64,000 bases of DNA from Myxococcota bacterium (lineage in GTDB: Bacteria; Myxococcota_A; Polyangia; Nannocystales; Nannocystaceae), in the NCBI GenBank assembly GCA_039028615.1, contig JBCCHT010000025.1:128001-192000 (forward strand). Reading direction: 5' to 3'. Under the pieces are notes generated by a model. That model did not search any database, was not told the DNA's origin, and saw only the letters and a program-made list of their open reading frames with translations. Numbering within the stretch: position 1 is the stretch's first letter; each line of letters begins with the position of its first letter. Below are positions 46,971 through 53,922 of the stretch, one piece after another. A program made the position numbers and the translations under genes.

Positions 46971-47684
46971 ATGATCAGGACGATCGACGAAACTGCTCGA
47001 GCCCAGCTCTTGCTGGTCGAAGACACGCCCGAGCTCGCCCATGCCCTCCTTCGCCTGCTGAACCGCGCCGGCTTGTTGGTGGTGCACGCGGGCAACTTCA
47101 CCGAGGCCCGCGCGGTGATCGACGATCCCGCCAGCCAATTCGACGCCGCCATCCTCGATCACCACCTGCCCGATGGGGACTCGCGCGCGCTGGTCTCTGC
47201 CCTCGCCCAGAAAGAGCCCGGCTGTAGCTCGCTGGTGCTCACGGGCGTCGGCGACCCCGGGCTCGCCAAGGACTATCGCGGGCGTGGGGCTTTCCGCTAC
47301 GTCGCCAAGCCGGTGAAGGGCGCCCAGCTGTTGGCCCACGTGCACGCCACGATGCTCGACACCCATCGCTGGCGCGCGGCGGGCATGCCGACCACGTACG
47401 TGCCGTCGCCGCCCGCCGTCGTCGTCGACGTCGAGGCCGCCGCCGATCGGCTGCGCTTTTTGGCCCGGCTTTCACCCACCGAACGCGAGGTCGCCTACTG
47501 GCTCTTGCAAGGGCTGCGCGACGCCCAGATCGCCCGACTGCTGGGGCGAGCCGAGCGCACCGCCAAGCGACACGTGGGGCAGGTGCTGTCGAAGGTCGGC
47601 GTGCAGAACCGATCGAGCCTGTGGGCGGTGCTCCGCAACGACGCCGATCACCAGCCGCCCTCGGAAGTCACCACCGCGCTGTGA
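46971..47684 (+). CDS. Response regulator, REC plus LuxR HTH
   Basis: LLVED, AILDHHLPDG, LTG, KP; LSPTEREV...TAKRHVGQVLSKVGV..R. Confidence 0.9.
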   Translation: MIRTIDETARAQLLLVEDTPELAHALLRLLNRAGLLVVHAGNFTEARAVIDDPASQFDAAILDHHLPDGDSRALVSALAQKEPGCSSLVLTGVGDPGLAKDYRGRGAFRYVAKPVKGAQLLAHVHATMLDTHRWRAAGMPTTYVPSPPAVVVDVEAAADRLRFLARLSPTEREVAYWLLQGLRDAQIARLLGRAERTAKRHVGQVLSKVGVQNRSSLWAVLRNDADHQPPSEVTTAL

Positions 47685-47692
47685 ATGTGAAA

Positions 47693-47718
47693 GAGAACCC
47701 CTCGACCGAGGGGCTCTC
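47693..47718 (+). terminator. Hairpin downstream of the response regulator
   Basis: GAGAACCCCTC/GAGGGGCTCTC stem with one mismatch; no U-tract. Confidence 0.4.
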
Positions 47719-47751
47719 AGCCATCGAGTACGTCGACATGCTCGATGCGAC

Positions 47752-48174
47752 ATGAAACTGCCGCGACTGTCTCCTCGCTTTGCGTCCATTGGTCTCGCTC
47801 GCGATACTCGCCGGTCGGCGGGGATCGGTCCGCAGACCTTCTGCAGCGTGAATCGCCTGACGGACATCGACGGGTGGGTGGGCGACGCGGCGCAGACCGG
47901 CTGCTACGACTCGGCCGCGTTCTCGACCCAGCAGAGCCGGTCCGCGAACAACCGAACCACGGGCATGTACATCCTCTCGACCGCGTACGCGCGCGGGCTC
48001 GGCTATCACAAGGTGGGCATCATCGACGGTGGCGACGACACCAACGCGGTGTGCCACATCCCGACGCAGCACGGGATCCCGCGCGACGGCCAGAACCTGA
48101 CGTGCAGCGGGAAGGTCTCCGGGACGTACTACTCGTACAACAACCTGTACTCCGAGCAGATCGACTTGAACTGA
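47752..48174 (+). pseudogene. Small ORF or 5'-truncated fragment of a Cys-containing protein
   Basis: Strong GC3 bias only from about 47830; the first ~27 codons look non-coding. Confidence 0.5.
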
Positions 48175-48305
48175 CCCCAGTGGCGGCAGCGGCGGCGGAG
48201 TCATCGAGAGCCGTCCTGCCAGTGGCCGCCGCCCTCGAACGCGAATCTAACCGGCTAAAATCAATACACTTTTAGCCTCTGTAGAGTTTTGCCGGACAAA
48301 GTCCT

Positions 48306-48343
48306 GGTAGAACGCGTTCTACCGAAGTAGAACACGTTCTACC
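48306..48343. promoter_or_regulatory. Tandem TetR operators matching the KstR consensus
   Basis: Perfect palindrome GGTAGAACGCGTTCTACC (48306-48323) and GTAGAACACGTTCTAC (48327-48342); both fit TnnAACnnGTTnnA. Confidence 0.85.
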
Positions 48344-48347
48344 TTAC

Positions 48348-49742
48348 ATGACTGCGTTGCCCCAGACCCCCGGTCGCCCCCTCGTGGGCCATCTGTTCGA
48401 CGTCCTCAAGCGCGGCATGTATCCGCTGCTGCGCGAGCACTGGCTCGAGCACGGCGATGCCTTCTCGCTTCGCGTGGGGCCGAAGCAGCTGGCCGCGTTC
48501 ATCCACCCCGACGCGGTCGAAGCCATCTACGTCACCCAGCGAGCCTCGTTCGTCAAAGGCGATGGCTACGACGCGATCCGGCTATTGGTCGGCGATGGCG
48601 TGCTGACGGTGGAAGGCGAGACGTGGAAGCAGCAGCGCCGCACGATCCAGCCGTGCATGAACCGCTCGTTCCTCAAGGGCTTCGCCACGCCGATGGTGCA
48701 GGCCGCGGTCGACATGCTCGACGACTGGTCCGATCGCGACGTCGAGACGCTCGACATCTATCCCGAGATGCTCCACCTCGCCCTGCGCATCCTGGGCCAG
48801 ACGCTCTTCAGCGTGGACCTGCGCAGCAGCGCCGACGTGTCGGCCGAGGCCTTCACCGTCGCCCTGGAAGAGCTCTCGCAGCGAGGCAATCAGCTGTTCG
48901 CGCCGCCGCTGTGGTGGCCGAGCCCCAGCAACATCCGGCTCCGCCGGGCCCTGCGTCAGCTCGACGAGATCGTCTATCAGATGATCGACAGCCGGGCTGC
49001 CTCTCGCGACGCGGGCGAGGAACAACCCGCCGACTTGATCTCGCTGTTGCTCGATCACCGCGACGACGATGGCCAACCGCTCGACCGACGCCTGGTGCAC
49101 GACGAGATCATCACCATGTTCCTCGCGGGGCACGAGACGACCGGGCTGGCGCTGACCTGGACCTGGTACCTGCTGTCGCTGCACCCCGATGCCGAGGCGC
49201 AGCTGCACGAGGAAGTCGATCGAGTGTTGGGCGGCCGCCTGCCCACCATCGACGACCTGCCGCAGCTCGAGTACACCAAGCGGATCTTGCAGGAGTCCAT
49301 GCGCCTGCTGCCCCCCGTGTGGAGCGGGGGCCGAAGCGTCTCGGGCGAGGTCGAGCTGAGCGGCTACCCGCTGCACGACGGCCAGATGGCGATGGTCTGC
49401 CCCTTCCTGACGCATCGACACCCGGAGTTCTGGAGCCACCCCGAGGCCTTCGACCCGCGCCGCTTCGAGGCCGCCAACCTCCGTGGGCGTCACAAGTACG
49501 CCTACTTCCCGTTCAGCGCGGGGCCGCGCATGTGCGTGGGCAATCACTTCACCATGATCGAAGCCCAGCTCGTCATGGCCGTGGTCGCGCAGCGCTACCG
49601 CTTCGATCTGCGGCCGGGGCACCTGGTCGAGCGCGATCACCAGATCACCATGCGACCTCGTCACGGCATGCAGATGTTGCTGCGCCGCCGCGACCAGGCC
49701 GCGGCCGTGTTCGACCCCCAACCGCGGAGGGCATCGGCCTGA
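48348..49742 (+). CDS. Cytochrome P450
   Basis: FLAGHETT, ESMR, FDPRRF, FSAGPRMCVG heme motif. Confidence 0.96.
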   Translation: MTALPQTPGRPLVGHLFDVLKRGMYPLLREHWLEHGDAFSLRVGPKQLAAFIHPDAVEAIYVTQRASFVKGDGYDAIRLLVGDGVLTVEGETWKQQRRTIQPCMNRSFLKGFATPMVQAAVDMLDDWSDRDVETLDIYPEMLHLALRILGQTLFSVDLRSSADVSAEAFTVALEELSQRGNQLFAPPLWWPSPSNIRLRRALRQLDEIVYQMIDSRAASRDAGEEQPADLISLLLDHRDDDGQPLDRRLVHDEIITMFLAGHETTGLALTWTWYLLSLHPDAEAQLHEEVDRVLGGRLPTIDDLPQLEYTKRILQESMRLLPPVWSGGRSVSGEVELSGYPLHDGQMAMVCPFLTHRHPEFWSHPEAFDPRRFEAANLRGRHKYAYFPFSAGPRMCVGNHFTMIEAQLVMAVVAQRYRFDLRPGHLVERDHQITMRPRHGMQMLLRRRDQAAAVFDPQPRRASA

Positions 49743-49756
49743 TACCGTGTTCGCAC

Positions 49757-50371
49757 GTGCCCGCGCCCGCCGCCCCGGTCGAGCCCCTCGACATCGAAGA
49801 GCCCCGCACGCGGCGGATCGTCGAAGTCGCGCTCGAGCTGGCCGAGGAGGGGGGCTTTGCCGCCGTTCGCCTGCGCACCGTGGCCGAGCGGGCCGGGGTC
49901 GCGCTGCGCACCCTGTACAAGCGCTTCCCCAGCAAGGACGACCTGCTCTTTGCCGTGCTCGTGGGCGAGCTGGTGCGGCTCGAGCAGCTCCTCGACGAGC
50001 GACCGGTGACGGGCAAGACCGCGGTCATTCGCCTGCGCGGGCTCTTCGAGACCCTCACCGAGTTCCTCTGCGGCCGCCCCAAGCTCGGGCAGGCCATCTT
50101 CCGCACCCTCGGCGGCGGCGCGAGCACCCTGCCCCACAAGGTCGGGGCGTTTCACAACCGCGTCGACGCGCTCATCATCGGCGCGATTCGGGGTGACGAC
50201 GAGCAAGCGCCCAGCGACCCCGCGCACCCGCACCAGCGCCTGGCCGCGATGCTCCAGCACGTGTGGTTTTCGAGCCTCGTCGGCTGGGCGGGCGGGGTGC
50301 ACCCCCCGGAGATGATCGTCGAGGCGGTGATCGACGCCGCGGCGCTCGTGCTCGAGCGCCCCGACGCATAG
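49757..50371 (+). CDS. TetR family regulator, KstR-like
   Basis: RRIVEVALELAEEGGF..VRLRTVAERAGVALRTLYKRFPSKDDLL; C-terminal HVWFSSLVGW resembles KstR DVWLSNLLAW. Confidence 0.9.
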   Translation: MPAPAAPVEPLDIEEPRTRRIVEVALELAEEGGFAAVRLRTVAERAGVALRTLYKRFPSKDDLLFAVLVGELVRLEQLLDERPVTGKTAVIRLRGLFETLTEFLCGRPKLGQAIFRTLGGGASTLPHKVGAFHNRVDALIIGAIRGDDEQAPSDPAHPHQRLAAMLQHVWFSSLVGWAGGVHPPEMIVEAVIDAAALVLERPDA

Positions 50372-50426
50372 CGAGATGCCCGGCTCCGCGCGCACGGAGC
50401 CAGGGATGGCGCTTCGAGGGTCGCCC

Positions 50427-51467
50427 CTACCAGCGCAGGACGGTGCCGCCCCAGGTGAAGCCGGTTCCGAACGCGGTCATCACCACCACCGAGCCGTCTT
50501 GGATGCGCCCCTCGGTGCGGGCTTCGTGCATCGCCACGGGAATCGTCGCCGCCGACATGTTCCCGTACTTGTGCACGACCATGTACATCTTGTCCTTGGA
50601 CACCCCAGCCCGCTCGCGGGCGACTTCCATGATGCGGATGTTCGCCTGGTGCGGGATGAACAGGTCGACGTCGTCGGAGCCGATCTCGGCTTCCTTCATC
50701 GCCGTGGTCGCGGCCTTGGACATCGCGGTGACGGCGTGGCGGAACACCGTGCTGCCTTCCATGTGCACGGTGTGGTCGAGGTTCTCCACCGTCTCGTGCG
50801 TGGCCGGCTTCCGAGTGCCGCCCGCCGGCTGGTAGAGGATCGGGGCCAGGTTGCCATCGGCGCCCCAGTTGGACGCCAGCACGCCGCTGTCGCCCTTGGT
50901 CGCCGCGATGACGGCCGCGCCCGCGCCATCCCCGAACAGGACGCAGGTGCTGCGGTCCTTCCAGTTGACCACCTTGCTCATCACCTCGCCGCCCACGACC
51001 CCGACACGCTGGGCGGTGCCGGAGTTCACCAGGGCAGCAGCGAGCTCGAGACCATAGAGGAAGCCCGAGCAGCCCGCGCTCACGTCGAAGGCGGCGGGGC
51101 CACTGAGACCGAGCTTGCCCTGCACCCAGCAGGCGGTGGAGGGGAACAGCGTATCGGCGGTGGAGGTGCCGACGATGATGGCATCGAGGGCTTGGGGCTC
51201 GAGCCCCGCATCGGTGCAGGCGTTGCGGAGCGCCTCCGCGCACAGGTCCGACGTCGACACATCGTCGGCTGCAATGCGGCGCTCCTTGATGCCCGTGCGA
51301 CCCGTGATCCACTCGTCGCTGGTGTCCACCATCTTCTCGAGATCCGAGTTGGTGAGCACTTTGGGCGGCAACGCCGTTCCGGTACCGACGATCTTGAGGT
51401 TCTTCAAGCGAGCTGTGCGCCCATCACGCGACGGCGCTCCTTCGCCCGTGTATGCCGTACCGGCCAA
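50427..51467 (-). CDS. fabH: Beta-ketoacyl-ACP synthase III
   Basis: DTSDEWI..RTGI, AGCSGF, LFGDGAGA, PHQAN, GNMSAA, FGTGFTWG; the start may be TTG 51407. Confidence 0.95.
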   Translation of the reverse strand: MAGTAYTGEGAPSRDGRTARLKNLKIVGTGTALPPKVLTNSDLEKMVDTSDEWITGRTGIKERRIAADDVSTSDLCAEALRNACTDAGLEPQALDAIIVGTSTADTLFPSTACWVQGKLGLSGPAAFDVSAGCSGFLYGLELAAALVNSGTAQRVGVVGGEVMSKVVNWKDRSTCVLFGDGAGAAVIAATKGDSGVLASNWGADGNLAPILYQPAGGTRKPATHETVENLDHTVHMEGSTVFRHAVTAMSKAATTAMKEAEIGSDDVDLFIPHQANIRIMEVARERAGVSKDKMYMVVHKYGNMSAATIPVAMHEARTEGRIQDGSVVVMTAFGTGFTWGGTVLRW

Positions 51468-51579
51468 CGGCTGGTCAACCGGTCGAGCCGCGGCCTCCGG
51501 TCGATCTTCCCGAGATCACGAGGTTTGCAAACCAACGTGGGAACATTCACCCATTGCGAGGCGTCTGCAGCGAAGCGCC

Positions 51580-51960
51580 GTGCATGATTCCGCCGATCCA
51601 CCGTCCCTGCGCGTGGCAAGGCCGCCCCTAGCGACCGCCTCTCGCATCTCCGACAACGCTTTCCACGTACTGGGGCTCACCCCACGGGCGAACTGGCCGC
51701 GTGTGAAAGAAGTTGCCGAGTCACTCCTCGCCGCGCTGTACGCCGAAGATCCCGGCGTCGGTCATTACGACACGCCCTGGGGGCCGCGCGCGCGAACGAC
51801 CCGAGCGGTGCACCGCGCCATGGCATCGCTGCAAGATCCCGACGAGCGAATCCATCACGAGATCTGGTGGGAGGCGCCCACACGTGGGGCATGGGACGAC
51901 GGTGAGCCCGAGGTCGCATGGCCCAAGGCGCCGGCCGCATGGGGATGGGCATCCCGATGA
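51580..51960 (+). CDS. Small J-domain-like protein lacking HPD
   Basis: NAFHVLGL...AMASLQDPDERIHHE echoes J-domain helices I and III-IV. Confidence 0.6.
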   Translation: MHDSADPPSLRVARPPLATASRISDNAFHVLGLTPRANWPRVKEVAESLLAALYAEDPGVGHYDTPWGPRARTTRAVHRAMASLQDPDERIHHEIWWEAPTRGAWDDGEPEVAWPKAPAAWGWASR

Positions 51961-53477
51961 GCGCCGCAGCCTTCATGGGCCTGTGTGTGCTCGGGTGCTT
52001 GGGCATGGTGGCCGCGCCCCTGCCCTCGTCCGAGATGATCGATCCCGACAGCAACCGCGCACGGTCGCATCGACGCTCCGAGGCTCGCCTCGCCGCCACC
52101 ATCTTCGTCATCGCGCTGCTGGCCTTCGGGGTGCTGCTCGCGCTGGGGCGCGGCGCATCGTGGCCCATCGTGCCGCTGGTCGTGCTCACCGCGGTCGGCT
52201 TGGTCGCGCTTCACCCGTGGCTCGCGGTGCGCTGGGTCTGCATTCCCCTCGGTCTGCCGCGCTTGGCCCTGAAGCTGGGGCGCCTGGGCGGTCACCCGTG
52301 GGTTCGCGATCCCGAAGGCGGCCAGGTGCTCGCCGCCGTGCTGGCACAGCTGCGACGGCCCGTCGATGACGACATGCACCAGTGGCTCCGCGGGCAGTTG
52401 CAGCGCGGTCCGCTGCGCGGGGCGGGCTTGGTCGCGGCCGGTCTGCTCGCCGCCGATGCGGGCGATCGAGCGAAGGCCCGGGCCCTGCTCGTCAGCCTCG
52501 ACGATCTCGATCCCGATCTGTGCCCGCCGCTGGCCCGCAAGATCGCACTCGACTGGCTCGTGGCCGATGCCGTGCGCAACGGCGATTGGGCCCGCGTCTC
52601 GACCCTGGCCGACGACCACCCCTCGCCGTCGCGTACCGTGCGACTGATGGCCCTGCTCGCTCGGGTCCACCGCGGCGAGACCCATGCCTCGGTGGGGTGG
52701 GCCTGGATGCTCGCGCCGCGCCGCCGCCACACGCTCGCGTTGGTCCGCGGCGTGCTCGCGCCGGCCGAAGGCCCCGTGCTGGAGCCGGTCGCCCCCGTCG
52801 ACGATCCGCGCCTGGCCGCCAACGACGGCGGCCCCAGTCCCGCCGAAGCGCTGGCCCTCCACGTCGAGGCCCTGGGCGACACCGATGCCCCCGGCCCCAG
52901 CGGTCGGCTCACTCGGCTGGGGCACGCCTGGGATCGCGCCATGGACGACTTCGGCTTTCGCGGTCGGGTGCGTCGCCGGGCGCAGAAGCTGCGCTGCACC
53001 GTCTCGGGCGAGCTGGTCATGGCCCGGCTGCATCGCGAGGCCTGCGAAGACCTCGCCCGCGCCCTGCTGCACTCGAAGGCCTCCGTCGACAGCCTCGGCG
53101 AGGGTCGCTCCATCGAGCGCGCCGTGGCGCAGATGCACACCATGGCCCTCGACGAGCTCGAGGAAGCCAGTGCCGTGCTCGCTGCCCCTCGCCCCAGCTT
53201 CGCCAGCGTCGACGACGTGATCTCGTCGTGGCTCACCTGGCTCAGCGTGCGGCGGCGCTACCAGGCCCTGGCCCAGGTCACCGCCCCCGAGCTTCGCAAG
53301 CAAGCCTATGTCGTGCTCGAGCTGAACGCTCGGCAGCTCATGGCCTGGATGTGGAACGAGCAACGAGAGCGGGGCCTGGCCAACGCCATCGCCACCTGGC
53401 TGATGCTCGAGGCCGAGCGGGTGCACGACGAAGAATCCGCCGCGTACCACCGCCACAACGTGTCGCTGGTGATCTAG
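51957..53477 (+). CDS. Hypothetical membrane protein
   Basis: Three N-terminal hydrophobic segments, helical remainder; ATGA overlap with the upstream gene. Confidence 0.7.
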   Translation: MSAAAFMGLCVLGCLGMVAAPLPSSEMIDPDSNRARSHRRSEARLAATIFVIALLAFGVLLALGRGASWPIVPLVVLTAVGLVALHPWLAVRWVCIPLGLPRLALKLGRLGGHPWVRDPEGGQVLAAVLAQLRRPVDDDMHQWLRGQLQRGPLRGAGLVAAGLLAADAGDRAKARALLVSLDDLDPDLCPPLARKIALDWLVADAVRNGDWARVSTLADDHPSPSRTVRLMALLARVHRGETHASVGWAWMLAPRRRHTLALVRGVLAPAEGPVLEPVAPVDDPRLAANDGGPSPAEALALHVEALGDTDAPGPSGRLTRLGHAWDRAMDDFGFRGRVRRRAQKLRCTVSGELVMARLHREACEDLARALLHSKASVDSLGEGRSIERAVAQMHTMALDELEEASAVLAAPRPSFASVDDVISSWLTWLSVRRRYQALAQVTAPELRKQAYVVLELNARQLMAWMWNEQRERGLANAIATWLMLEAERVHDEESAAYHRHNVSLVI

Positions 53478-53510
53478 CCCAGCGCTCGAGCAGCGGCGGC
53501 TCGCCCCGAG

Positions 53511-53909
53511 CTAGTGCGCCTCGACGCTCAGCGTGGCGGCGTCGGGGTCGGCCAGCAACGCGCCCACGTCTCCGTGCTGGGAGTCGATCCGGGCGCTGCG
53601 CTCGACCTCGCCGCCCGCCGGGATGCTCAGGTCCTTGGGCCTCGCCTCGAAGCGCCCGCCGGGCCACTCGAGCACATACATGCCCACGTTCACCGCGCTC
53701 GCCGTACCGTTGGTAAAGCGCAGGGTGACGCGGGCCGCGGGCGCGCTGTTGCCCGTTGGTTGGGCCTCGAGCAAAGAGGCCACGACCGCGTTGGAGCCCG
53801 GCTCGGCCGCGGCGGGAGGAGGAGTCGAAGACGGTGGCGTCACGGGGGCCTCCGGGGAGCAGCCGGCGAGCAGCACGGCGAGCGAGAGAATGGTACGGCG
53901 GTGGATCAT
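53511..53909 (-). CDS. Small hypothetical lipoprotein
   Basis: LLAGC lipobox, Pro linker, beta-rich domain. Confidence 0.7.
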   Translation of the reverse strand: MIHRRTILSLAVLLAGCSPEAPVTPPSSTPPPAAAEPGSNAVVASLLEAQPTGNSAPAARVTLRFTNGTASAVNVGMYVLEWPGGRFEARPKDLSIPAGGEVERSARIDSQHGDVGALLADPDAATLSVEAH

Positions 53910-53922
53910 GGCGGCGGAACCC

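Noticed and set aside
48306..48343. Mini-CRISPR or transposon end
   Set aside because: Only two units, 3 nt apart, with no cas or transposase gene; an operator explains it better
48623..49756. Apparent long N-terminus on the TetR
   Set aside because: Off-frame overlap with the P450; the HTH begins after about 49757
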